From IMG/VR virus record IMGVR_UViG_3300025128_000293, positions 1 to 25,717 of that record: a stretch of 25,717 bases of DNA, one strand, 5' to 3'. The notes under the pieces are model-generated. The model did no database searches. It was not told where the DNA came from and was given only the letters and a program-made list of their open reading frames with translations. Below, in pieces: positions 14,970-24,800 of this stretch (positions are counted from its first letter, which is position 1; each line of letters opens with the position of its first letter). A program made the position numbers and the translations under genes. The stretch comes from a virus (lineage: Duplodnaviria; Caudoviricetes).

Positions 14970-17141
14970 ATGCTACAAAAGATTGGTTTTTTACCTGGAA
15001 TAAACAAACAGATCACTTCTACTGGTGCTGAAAGCCAATGGGTAGATTGTGACAATGTTAGATTTAGATATGGCACACCTGAAAAAATAGGTGGTTGGAA
15101 ACAACTAGGAGCAGATAATGTTACAGGTGCTGCAAGAGGATTACATCAATTTACTAATAGTTCAGGACAAAAATATTCTATCATAGGAACAAACAGAGTT
15201 TTGTATGCTTATTCAGGCGGTGTGTTCTACGACATACATCCTATTAAAACTACAACAACACTTACAAACGCATTTAGCACAACTAATGGATCAGCTGTTG
15301 TTACTATAAATTTTTCTACTGATCACGGTATAGAAGCTGGTGATATTATTTTATTAGATAATTTTACAGCTATTACAAATTCAGATTATGCAGCAGCAAA
15401 CTTTGATGACATAAGATTTATGGTTACAACAGTGCCATCATCAAACACACTTACAATTACAATGCCGTCAAACGAATCTGGATCTGGTGCAACAGAGTCA
15501 GGTGGTATCAGAGTTAGACATTATTATCACATAGGACCCGATGTGCAGTCACAAGGTTTTGGTTGGTCTCTTGGAACTTGGGGTGGACAAGAAGTAGGAG
15601 CATTTACTACAACTTTAGCTTCAGGTATTACAGATAGTGCAACAAGTATTACATTAACAGACGCATCACAGTTTCCATCATCAGGAACTAACTACATACA
15701 AATAGGTACAGAAGAAATATCTTACACAGCAATTACATCTAATGTTTTATCTGGAGTAACAAGAGGAGTAAGAAATACCACAGCAGCATCACACTCAGGT
15801 GGAGCAACTGTTACAAGTTCTTCTAGTTATGTAGCATGGGGTGAAGCAGCATCAGGTGACTTAATTGTTGATCCTGGTATGTGGTCACTGGATAACTTTG
15901 GTGATAAAGCTATTTGTTTAATTACGGATGGAGAATGTTTTGAGTGGAATTCTGCAGCGACTGATGCAACATCTACAAGAGCCACAATTATATCTGGTGC
16001 ACCAACAGCATCAAGACACATGTTGGTATCTACACCGGACAGACACTTAGTATTCTTTGGTACAGAGACAACGATTGGCACAAAGTCTACACAAGACGAT
16101 ATGTTTATTAGATTCTCTGCTGTTGAGGATATTAATACGTATACACCCACAGCGACCAATGACGCTGGTACACAGAGACTGGCCGACGGATCACGGATCA
16201 TGGGAGCGATTAGAGGTAGAGATGCAATCTATGTATACACAGACACAGCATTATTCTTAATGCGTTTTGTTGGTCAACCTTTTACATTTGCTTTCGTACA
16301 AGCAGGAACAAACTGTGGACTAGCTGGTAAGAATGCAGTCGTTGAAGTAGATGGTGCAGCATACTGGTTATCTGAAAATGGTTTCTTTAAATACTCTGGA
16401 GCACTTCAATCATTACCGTGTCTAGTAGAAGATTATGTTTACGATGATATTAATTTAGATTCTGGTAATCAAATGATAACTGCAGGGCTTAATAACTTGT
16501 TTGGAGAAATTATGTGGTTCTATCCAACATCAAGTTCTTCTGTAGTAAATAGAATGGTATCATATAATTATTTTGATTCTCAACCACAAAGACCTGTGTG
16601 GACTGTTGGAAGTTTAGCTAGAACGGCTTGGGCAGACTCTGCAGTATTTGGTAATCCTCATGCATTAGAATATGATGCTGATGGTGTTGAAGGGTCTAGT
16701 TCAGCGACATACGTTCAAGGAAATACAGATGGTACATCAACATACTATCAACACGAAACAGGAACAGATCAAGTTAAAGGTGGTACAGTAACTGCTATAG
16801 CAGGAACTATAACATCAGGTGATTTTGATATTACACAAGATCAAAGACAGGGCGTAACTCTTAGAGGAGACGGTGAGTTTATTATGAAGATAAGAAGATT
16901 TATACCTGATTTTATATCACAAACAGGAGATACTAGAGTTACATTAAATTTACGTAATTATTCTAACAATACAGCATCTAGTTCTTCATTAGGGCCCTTT
17001 ACAGTTACCTCATCAACAGATAAGGTAGATACTAGGGCAAGAGCTAGAGCAATTGCACTTAAAGTAGAAAACACAAGCACTAATCAAGACTGGAAGTTAG
17101 GCACGTTTAGATTGGACATACAACCGGACGGAAGAAGATAA
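14970..17141 (+). CDS. Large tail protein, putative tail tubular protein B / nozzle (DNA stabilisation-type) (723 aa)
   Basis: SD GGAG; 'PGINKQ.T..GAE.QW.DCDNVRFR.G.PEKIGGW' N-terminus, propeller-like middle ('WSLDNFG', 'IRFS..ED', 'NCGL.G'), C-terminal 'RARAR.I.LKVE...WKLGTFRLDIQPDGRR'; position before internal virion genes. Confidence 0.7.
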   Translation: MLQKIGFLPGINKQITSTGAESQWVDCDNVRFRYGTPEKIGGWKQLGADNVTGAARGLHQFTNSSGQKYSIIGTNRVLYAYSGGVFYDIHPIKTTTTLTNAFSTTNGSAVVTINFSTDHGIEAGDIILLDNFTAITNSDYAAANFDDIRFMVTTVPSSNTLTITMPSNESGSGATESGGIRVRHYYHIGPDVQSQGFGWSLGTWGGQEVGAFTTTLASGITDSATSITLTDASQFPSSGTNYIQIGTEEISYTAITSNVLSGVTRGVRNTTAASHSGGATVTSSSSYVAWGEAASGDLIVDPGMWSLDNFGDKAICLITDGECFEWNSAATDATSTRATIISGAPTASRHMLVSTPDRHLVFFGTETTIGTKSTQDDMFIRFSAVEDINTYTPTATNDAGTQRLADGSRIMGAIRGRDAIYVYTDTALFLMRFVGQPFTFAFVQAGTNCGLAGKNAVVEVDGAAYWLSENGFFKYSGALQSLPCLVEDYVYDDINLDSGNQMITAGLNNLFGEIMWFYPTSSSSVVNRMVSYNYFDSQPQRPVWTVGSLARTAWADSAVFGNPHALEYDADGVEGSSSATYVQGNTDGTSTYYQHETGTDQVKGGTVTAIAGTITSGDFDITQDQRQGVTLRGDGEFIMKIRRFIPDFISQTGDTRVTLNLRNYSNNTASSSSLGPFTVTSSTDKVDTRARARAIALKVENTSTNQDWKLGTFRLDIQPDGRR

Positions 17142-17875
17142 TGAGTATAACAAGAACACAAATAGCACGACAATTATTAGCAGAAGGTGGAGTATCATTA
17201 GAGGATGCTAGAATGATGGCACCGCCAGGTGAGTTTCTTGCATACATTAATCCAAAAGAAGCAGACATGTTAAGAAACGCTGGTGGTTCTGGTATCATGA
17301 CTGCTGCAGGTATTCCAAGTTTCGTTGACTTCGGAGCTGGCCCAGGATCTGTATCAGAAAGTTTAAGTGAAGCATCTTTTGGACCAAGTGGACCATCCCC
17401 AGGAGGTGGAGAAGATCAAGAAGATGACAACGCTAGAATGATGCAAGCTATGGGTTTAACTAGAGGACCTACAATCACTACTGGAGAAGATCAAGAAGAT
17501 GACAACGCTAGAATGATGCAAGCTTTGGGTATACCACCAGGACTAAATTATTCTGGAGGAAATAATATAAATACTTTTCCTACCCGTGGTCCATCTGCAA
17601 GAAATGTACTTACAAGTGCTGCATTACTTAAATTAGCTGAAAGAAACCCTACAGCTTACGCTGCGTTACAAATAGGAGGGGCTTTAAAAGGAGCTATTGA
17701 TGCTTTTGGTAATCCTTTTGGTAAAGAGGATGATCTTGTTTTAGGTTTAAGTAGAAGAGAAGAAGTAGAATTAGCAACTTTACAAACAGGTAAAGAAGGT
17801 GGTTTAAATAGTCCCTTACAAAACCAAAGATTAGAAGAATTAGAAAATAAAAAAGCAGAAGAGCAACAAAAGTAA
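17141..17875 (+). CDS. Putative internal virion protein (244 aa)
   Basis: TAATG-coupled; 'APPGEFLAYINPKEA.ML...GGSG......GIPSF' domain followed by a low-complexity Gly/acidic region with a duplication. Confidence 0.6.
   Translation: MSITRTQIARQLLAEGGVSLEDARMMAPPGEFLAYINPKEADMLRNAGGSGIMTAAGIPSFVDFGAGPGSVSESLSEASFGPSGPSPGGGEDQEDDNARMMQAMGLTRGPTITTGEDQEDDNARMMQALGIPPGLNYSGGNNINTFPTRGPSARNVLTSAALLKLAERNPTAYAALQIGGALKGAIDAFGNPFGKEDDLVLGLSRREEVELATLQTGKEGGLNSPLQNQRLEELENKKAEEQQK
17407..17524 (+). repeat. 43-nt exact direct repeat (two copies, 75-nt period) inside CDS
   Basis: TGGAGAAGATCAAGAAGATGACAACGCTAGAATGATGCAAGCT at 17407-17449 and 17482-17524, encoding GEDQEDDNARMMQA twice. Confidence 0.95.
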
Positions 17876-18039
17876 TGGCAAAGATAGCACAGATATTAAC
17901 AAGACCAGGTGAAAAATACTCGCAACCTATTGCAGATGCACAGGTTAGAGACTTAGATGCGATTGTTCAAAAACTAAACACAACGTATCAACAAGATTTA
18001 AAAGATGAGGTAGAAGCATTTAACTTCTTTATTAATTAA
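17875..18039 (+). CDS. Small hypothetical protein (54 aa)
   Basis: Hand translation MAKIAQILTRPGEKYSQPIADAQVRDLDAIVQKLNTTYQQDLKDEVEAFNFFIN*; TAATG overlaps at both ends fill the gap exactly. Not in track. Confidence 0.8.
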   Translation: MAKIAQILTRPGEKYSQPIADAQVRDLDAIVQKLNTTYQQDLKDEVEAFNFFIN

Positions 18040-18380
18040 TGGCTAATAGTTTTATAAACGCAAAAGCAGACTTAACAACAACGGATCTAACAACGTTGTA
18101 CACGGTACCTACAGCAAAGACAGCTGTGATAAAATCTATTTTAGTATCTGAAGATGCAGGATCAGGAGCTAACATAACAGTTACATTAGTTGATTCAGCT
18201 AGTGCTATATTTAGTTTATTTAAAACTAAAGCTATAGCTTCTAATGCAACAACAGAATTGTTAACTCAACCTCTTGTTATGGAAGAAAGCGAGATACTAA
18301 AAGTACAAGCTAGTGATGCAAATGAGCTGCACGTCATAGCTTCAATATTAGAAATACAGCCGAGAGAGGTAACAACGTAA
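18039..18380 (+). CDS. Small beta-rich virion structural protein (113 aa)
   Basis: 'MAN.F.NAK.DLTTT..TTLYTVP...TAVIKSILV...PLV.EE.E.LKVQA...LHV.ASILEI'; coupled to neighbours. Confidence 0.7.
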   Translation: MANSFINAKADLTTTDLTTLYTVPTAKTAVIKSILVSEDAGSGANITVTLVDSASAIFSLFKTKAIASNATTELLTQPLVMEESEILKVQASDANELHVIASILEIQPREVTT

Positions 18381-18550
18381 TGCAAACAATACAGCCAGAA
18401 AAGATAATAACAACAATATCTAACCTAAAGACAGGTGAGGTATATAAATCAGAAGAAGACTGGAAGGCAAAAGGAGTGCCAGAAGCAGAGATTAGGAGAG
18501 ATATAAAAGTAATTATGCCTTCTCTTGATTTACTGGGAAAAACAAAATAA
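18380..18550 (+). CDS. Small hypothetical protein (56 aa)
   Basis: Hand translation MQTIQPEKIITTISNLKTGEVYKSEEDWKAKGVPEAEIRRDIKVIMPSLDLLGKTK*; TAATG-coupled. Not in track. Confidence 0.75.
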   Translation: MQTIQPEKIITTISNLKTGEVYKSEEDWKAKGVPEAEIRRDIKVIMPSLDLLGKTK

Positions 18551-18559
18551 AACGATATT

Positions 18560-19813
18560 ATGGGATTAAAAAGTTTTGTAAAAAAAGTAACAAAGCCAAT
18601 AGGTAAAGTAGTCAAGAAGATAGTACCTAAAGAACTTGCAGGTATTATGCAGGTTGCTGCACCGTTAGCTGGACCCTACGCACCGCTTGTTTATGCAGCA
18701 GGAGCTTATAAACAATCGGGTAGAATTAATCCTATAGCTTTAGCCTCAATGGCTTTACCGTATGTTGGAATAGCTCAGGGCACTGGGCCAAGAGCTTTAC
18801 AAGGTATTGGTATTGGTAGGTTAAGATATGGTAATTTTAATCCTGCTACATTAGGAACAGTAGGCGGTATAAAAACAGCTAGAGATTATTTAGGATTAAG
18901 AGCTGCTGGTGGGGATACATTACGTGGTAAATTTGATGATTTTTTATTTGGAGAAACAAGACCTGGTACTACTGACGTATTAAATACTACAACAGCAGAC
19001 CAAGGTATATTAGGACAAGGTGGTAGGTTTGACATAAAAGCAGGTAAGTTATTAAGTAGCCCTAATGAAAAAGGTGTCGTAAAATTATCACCTACAAAAG
19101 TAGCAACAGCAGTAACTACGGGTCTTTCGTTATCACAAACACAAGCACAAATTGAAGAGGAAGGTATAGAGGATGGATTATCATCAGATGAAATAGCAAG
19201 ACTACAAGCCGAAGCAGCTGAGATGTGGGAAGATTTTGACACAACAGCATTTAAACCAAAGGTAAAAGACGGTGGTTTGATGAGAAAGAATCTTGCAATG
19301 GGAACAGTAAATCCTTTTAAACCAAAACCAGAAGATTATGGTATTGAAGATAATGAACTACCAGCAGACCCTAAACCATTTAAACCAAAGCCAAATGTAG
19401 GAAACAAAGCAGAAATTACAGCCAATTCTATGGCAATGGATATTTTTGGTATGCCATTTAATGAATTACCTGCAGCACAACAAAACGCTATTTTAGATTT
19501 GATGGGAATGGGTAAGCCACAAGCTAAACAAGGTGGTCTTATGAGAGCAAACTATGCTCTTGGAACAAGGCCAACAAAAGAAGAAAGTGGTCTCGGAGGG
19601 CTTCCAATTGAAGCCGATATGAGGTACAGTGGTGGCTTCATGCCATACGGTGCAAAAGAAAAAGCCGATGACGTGCCTGCTAGACTTAGCAAAAATGAAT
19701 TCGTATTTACTGCCGATGCTGTAAGAGCAGCGGGTGGTGGTAGTGTCCAAAAAGGAGCACAAAAAATGTACAACACAATGAAACAATTAGAATCAATGGG
19801 AGCAATGGTGTAA
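18560..19813 (+). CDS. Putative internal virion / DNA ejection protein (417 aa)
   Basis: Basic amphipathic N-terminus (KSFVKKVTKPIGKVVKKI), hydrophobic Gly/Ala segment, two 'KxGGLMRxNxAxG' repeats, C-terminal 'KADDVPARLSKNEFVFTADAVR..GGG....GA..MY..MK.LE' domain. Confidence 0.65.
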   Translation: MGLKSFVKKVTKPIGKVVKKIVPKELAGIMQVAAPLAGPYAPLVYAAGAYKQSGRINPIALASMALPYVGIAQGTGPRALQGIGIGRLRYGNFNPATLGTVGGIKTARDYLGLRAAGGDTLRGKFDDFLFGETRPGTTDVLNTTTADQGILGQGGRFDIKAGKLLSSPNEKGVVKLSPTKVATAVTTGLSLSQTQAQIEEEGIEDGLSSDEIARLQAEAAEMWEDFDTTAFKPKVKDGGLMRKNLAMGTVNPFKPKPEDYGIEDNELPADPKPFKPKPNVGNKAEITANSMAMDIFGMPFNELPAAQQNAILDLMGMGKPQAKQGGLMRANYALGTRPTKEESGLGGLPIEADMRYSGGFMPYGAKEKADDVPARLSKNEFVFTADAVRAAGGGSVQKGAQKMYNTMKQLESMGAMV

Positions 19814-20766
19814 TGGCTGAACAAACTCAAATAACACGTCCGTCTCCAATAATAGAAGAAGCACAAAAGGCCTATTTAACCTCGTTACGTGATCAAGTTA
19901 CAACGCCACTTGATACATCTCAATTTGCGCCATCTGTTGTAGGTAAAACTGCATTAGATCAAGCAGTGCAACAACAACAAGCTACACAAGCTGGACTTGG
20001 AACATTATCTTTTGACCCTACATCAGGAGCAATTTCCGGTGTATCAGGAACAGGTGTTGCAAGTTATCAACCATTTTTAAATACAGCACAATCAACATTA
20101 GATGATGTATCACCTTTTATTACAGCAGCAGCAGGTAGAACTGGACCAACAGCTTATCAAGCTTTTGAATCTCCGTATCAATCAGCAGTTAGAGACGCTA
20201 CACTTGCACAGTTTGATGAACAAGCTGCAATGAGACAACAAGCAATTACAGATCAACAAGCACAATTAGGGGCCCTAGGTTCTGGCAGAGCAGGAGTTCA
20301 AACAGCTGAGTATCAAAGAAAATCAGATTTAGATCGTGCATTGTTACAAGCACAATTAAATCAACAAGGCTTTACACAAGCTAACCAATTAGCTGCACAA
20401 GCTTTTGGTCAACAAGGTCAACTTGCAGGATTAACCTCTGGTTTAGCTAATCAACAATTAGGTTTAGCACAAGCTGTTCCTGGATTAGGTCAACAAGCAC
20501 TAGGTCTAGGGACTGGATTAGCAGGACAAGATTTTCAGTTTAGACAAGCACAATCTGATGCAGCAAGAGAAGCAAATAGAATGCAACAGTTTGAGGCAGT
20601 AGATAGATTAGCAAGATTAGGACAAGGTATAACTGGTCTTACACCAGGAGCAGGAACTGTAACAACACAAAGCGGTATACCTGCAGCATCACCAAGTCCA
20701 ATTGGTAATGCATTAACAGCTGGACTAGGGGCATTTGGTTTAGGTAAACTATTTGGTATTGGATAA
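19813..20766 (+). CDS. Putative DNA transfer/ejection protein, Gln/Ala-rich (317 aa)
   Basis: Q/A/G-rich helical protein, 'SPYQ..V', 'GALGSGR.GV', hydrophobic Gly-rich C-terminus (ALTAGLGAFGLGKLFGIG), composition like podovirus pilot/ejection proteins. Confidence 0.65.
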   Translation: MAEQTQITRPSPIIEEAQKAYLTSLRDQVTTPLDTSQFAPSVVGKTALDQAVQQQQATQAGLGTLSFDPTSGAISGVSGTGVASYQPFLNTAQSTLDDVSPFITAAAGRTGPTAYQAFESPYQSAVRDATLAQFDEQAAMRQQAITDQQAQLGALGSGRAGVQTAEYQRKSDLDRALLQAQLNQQGFTQANQLAAQAFGQQGQLAGLTSGLANQQLGLAQAVPGLGQQALGLGTGLAGQDFQFRQAQSDAAREANRMQQFEAVDRLARLGQGITGLTPGAGTVTTQSGIPAASPSPIGNALTAGLGAFGLGKLFGIG

Positions 20767-21797
20767 TGAATTATAAAGTAATGCAGAGACCGATGTTTAG
20801 ACTTGGTGGTGGAGTTATTAAAGGAAAACAAGTTGGTAACAGAGAAAATTTTCAATCACCTACTTTAGAAGATTTATATAAAGAAAAAAGTGAATTAAGA
20901 CAAAAAGCGTATGGCGGCATAAAACAAATGTTGCCTTTTTCAGTTTTAGCAAGTCAAGTGGATGATATTAGATCTATTAGAAAACCAGGTGACATTCTAA
21001 ATATTCTTTCAAATATAGGTGGTAGTCAAGAATTAATGGGTGCTCTCACTAAATTACCTCAGATAGATCTCAAACTAAAAGAAGGTGAAGTAAGTGACAA
21101 AATAAATTTAGAAAAAATAAAAATTGCAAGAGCTAAAAAGACTGCTACCGAAATAAAACAAATTGCAGCTGCAAACGCAAGAAAATTGAGCGCTAAAGTT
21201 GACGGAAAAATTAGTGAATTATCTTCTGAAGAACAACAACTCTACTACGATCAAAGAGCTTTAGCTTTTGGTGAACTTACGCCCGCAAGAGCAATGACAG
21301 AAGCAGGAAAAATTTTAAATAGAAGAGATACTCAAAATGCAGATAATCCAACATACATAAGATTAACGGGAGCAGACAGACAAAAAGAATTAAATATAAT
21401 CGCTGATAGTTTATTAGGCGGAGGATCAGGAATTATAACAGAAACAGAAATGGCAGAAGGCGGTAGAGTAGGCTATCAACAAGGAACACCTAATCCTAAT
21501 ATGGTTATGCCACAACCAAAACCACAAGAAGTCATGGATGACAGAAAATTGGATACTCTTATGACGGCAGCTCCAGCTATGGAAGATCCTAACCAAGCAC
21601 GAAGCATGGGTGAAAAAGACATGTACAATGCTTTAAGAAGAAGATTACCACCAGAAATTACAGATGATGTAGTAAAATTAATTGCATACAATCAAGAAGC
21701 ATTTGCAGATTTTGCAAACATATCCGATCAATCAGACGTAGAGTCATTTAATCAAAAATATAACGTTGAATTAGTATTGCCGGTCGGAAACCAATAG
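20766..21797 (+). CDS. Putative internal virion protein (343 aa)
   Basis: TAATG-coupled; N-terminal 'QRPMFRLGG', internal 'MAEGGRVGYQQG', C-terminal 'LRRRLP.EITDDVV.L.A....A..DFA.I..Q.DV..FN.KY.V.LVLP' domain. Confidence 0.65.
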   Translation: MNYKVMQRPMFRLGGGVIKGKQVGNRENFQSPTLEDLYKEKSELRQKAYGGIKQMLPFSVLASQVDDIRSIRKPGDILNILSNIGGSQELMGALTKLPQIDLKLKEGEVSDKINLEKIKIARAKKTATEIKQIAAANARKLSAKVDGKISELSSEEQQLYYDQRALAFGELTPARAMTEAGKILNRRDTQNADNPTYIRLTGADRQKELNIIADSLLGGGSGIITETEMAEGGRVGYQQGTPNPNMVMPQPKPQEVMDDRKLDTLMTAAPAMEDPNQARSMGEKDMYNALRRRLPPEITDDVVKLIAYNQEAFADFANISDQSDVESFNQKYNVELVLPVGNQ

Positions 21798-21804
21798 GAG
21801 ACCT

Positions 21805-24800
21805 ATGGCAGAGTATCAATCAGCACCTTTCTTAAAACAGGCTAGAGGGAAAGATCCCGATGATAGAAACCTATTTGAAAAAATAGCGGTTGGTATCTAT
21901 GGTAAAGAAGACCCGTCTTTACAACTTGGAAATGATTTAATATTAGATGAAGACCTTGAAAGCATTATTAAAGATCTTCCAGGAGAAGCACAAGACGATG
22001 TTGCAAGATATAAAAATATATTTAAAGAAACACCAATTGTATTAGAAAATTTTTTAAACGAATACAAAGATAAAGGTTTTTCAGATTACATAGAGAAAGG
22101 CACGTTTTATAAAGACGATATAAAATTAGCTGACAAAGATCAATTACGTTATCAAGACTATAGTTTTTTAGGTAAAGGTAGTTATGATGCTTTATATAGA
22201 AAAGATAAAGCTGGTGATGAGGCAAGACAAAAAATAGTAGAGTCTATACCAGGACAAATAGCTATTGGTCCAACCGTAGGTTTAGCTACAGCGATTAAAG
22301 GAACTGCAGAATTAATAGCATCCTTATCTGATTTATATCTTGATACAGAGATATTAGACAATGTTGAAAGAGCTTTAGCCGATGTAGATATAAATAAAAT
22401 TTACGACGGTGATGCTGGCACACTAGCTAGATTTACATCTTTACTTACACAATACGGTACAGGTTTTGCTGTTGCACAAAAAATAGTTAAAAAGGTTGCA
22501 GGTAAAGCAATTAAAACTAAACTTGCACAAAAAAGTGCTGCTGCATTAGCACAAGCTCCAAAAGCTGAAGGTGTAGCTAAGTTTGCGGGCTACTGGATGT
22601 TGCCAGCAGCTATCGCTGATACAACTGTATCTACGTCAGATCAACAAAGTATTGGTGAGATATTTGGTAAAGAAGACGGTAATCCGTTTCAAAATTTTTT
22701 ATACAACACATCTCTTGAAAATTTAGAAGGACTAACGGGTAAAGAAAGAGCAGCAGCTTTATTAAGAAACAAATTAAAGTTTGGTGCTGAAGGCACAGCT
22801 TTTATGGGTGCTTTAAAATTAGGTCCAATGATAATAAAGGGGGGCGCTAAAGTAACAGGTGTAGCATTAGAAAAAGTAGTTGGTCCTGCAATAACAGGAA
22901 CGGCAAAAGTAATACAACCGGTAGTTACAGCTGCATCTAAAGGATTAGCAAAAGGCATAGACAAAACTACAAATAAAATAGGTATACCTAAATATGAATA
23001 TTGGAAATTTAACGATTTTCAATCTGGTTTAAAATCAAGTGTGCTAAGAGGATTAGATGAGTTTACTTCAAGATTTAGATCGGGCGGTAAATTTGACGTA
23101 CAGACAAGAAACGAATTAAAAAGAGTTGATGGTCTAACAAGAAGTGCAAAAAAAGATTTTGATATCTTTGCTAAAAAATTAGATCAAGAAATGTACAAAC
23201 TCGTTGATGCGGGTCTGGGAGATATATTATTTAGTAAGGCTACGTCATTAAGAGCTATGTCTTATTGGGATGATGTTTTAAAATTTATGAGAGGCGAGTT
23301 ACAGCTAAAACAATTACCAAAACCTTTAAGAGAATACTCTCAAGTAATTAAAAAATTAGTTGATAATCAACAAGAAAAATTAAAACCTATTCTAAAAGAA
23401 ATGGACGTTAAAGATGTGACGATGAAAAGTATGAATAGATATTTTAAAACTTCATATGAAATATTTAAAAACGCTAAATTCAGAGCACCAAAAGAAGATT
23501 ATCAAGCAGCTATAAATTATTTTGTAACGCTAATGAAAAGAGCAAACAAACCTATACCAGGAGTAACAAAAGGCACAAGCTTATATAACGAGACTGTAAA
23601 GAAAGATGCTATACAACTTGTAAATAAAGTTCTTGCTAAAGGCAGAGAGGAAGGATCCACACCTGCTGCAAGATTAAAAGCAATTGTAAATATGATGGAG
23701 GGTGAGAACATACCCAAAAATACTTTTGCTAAATTTTTTTCTAAAGAAGAATTATTACCAGATACTATTGCTAAATTACTAGGTAGAGTTGATGACCCTA
23801 AATCAATTATATTAAACACTATAGCTGAACAAGCACACATAGTAAGTAACTATAATGCATATAAAGAGATTGCAGATTTTGGTTTAGGTAAATTTTTATT
23901 TAGAAGTAATAATGAATACAAACAATTCTTAATTAAAAATGGAATACAAGCTGCTAGAACATTATCACCTGTAAAATTAAGTAAACCCTACAACATAGAT
24001 TTTAATAAAATATTTAAAAATCCTGATGGATCTGACTTGTTAACTTTACCAGAAATGGCTAAATCTCTTAAAGACACAACAGTATTTATGGATCAAGTAT
24101 TAAAACTACCTTTGATGAAATCATTGTTAGGTATTAAAGCAACCATTCAAATGAACAAAACTGTATTATCTTTAATGACACAGATGCGTAACATTACAAC
24201 AGCTGCTATGTTTGCAACTGCTAACGGACATATAGGTGCTGGTGCTAGTGTGTCGGATAACTTTAAATATTTATTTGATGACTTAATTGGTAAAACTAAA
24301 AATCCAAAAGACCTACAAAAACTTTTAAAAGAAGCTGCAGACAACGGTGCAATAGATTCATCTACAATAGCTCAAGAACTAGAGCAAATGATTCCAGAGC
24401 TCATGGGGTCAGCAAAACTACCTACAGTCGGCAAGCAAGGTGCAAGATTTAGCACATTGTATGAAGGTAAGACATCAGATGAAATATTTAGTTACCTGTT
24501 TACAAACAAAGGAGCACTAGGAAAAGTTGTACAAAAAGCAATAGAGTCATATCAAATGGGAGATAACTTGTGGAAATTGTATGGTTATCAATTTACTAAA
24601 TCTCAACTTAACGCAGCTTTAAAAAATATAAATGATGTTAAAAAATATTTTAGAGAAGTAGAAGGTTATGAGTTTAGACCAATAGCTGCTGATGGTTCAA
24701 GAAAAACATTACAAGATGCTATAAAAGAAATAGCCGGTATACAAGTGAGAGATGTATATCCAAACTATTCAATGATACCTACCTTTGTATTAAACACACG

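Noticed and set aside
17407-17524. Repeat-spacer-repeat resembling a mini CRISPR array (43-nt repeats, 32-nt spacer)
   Set aside because: Only two copies, non-palindromic, in frame within a coding gene, and no cas genes or leader in the window.
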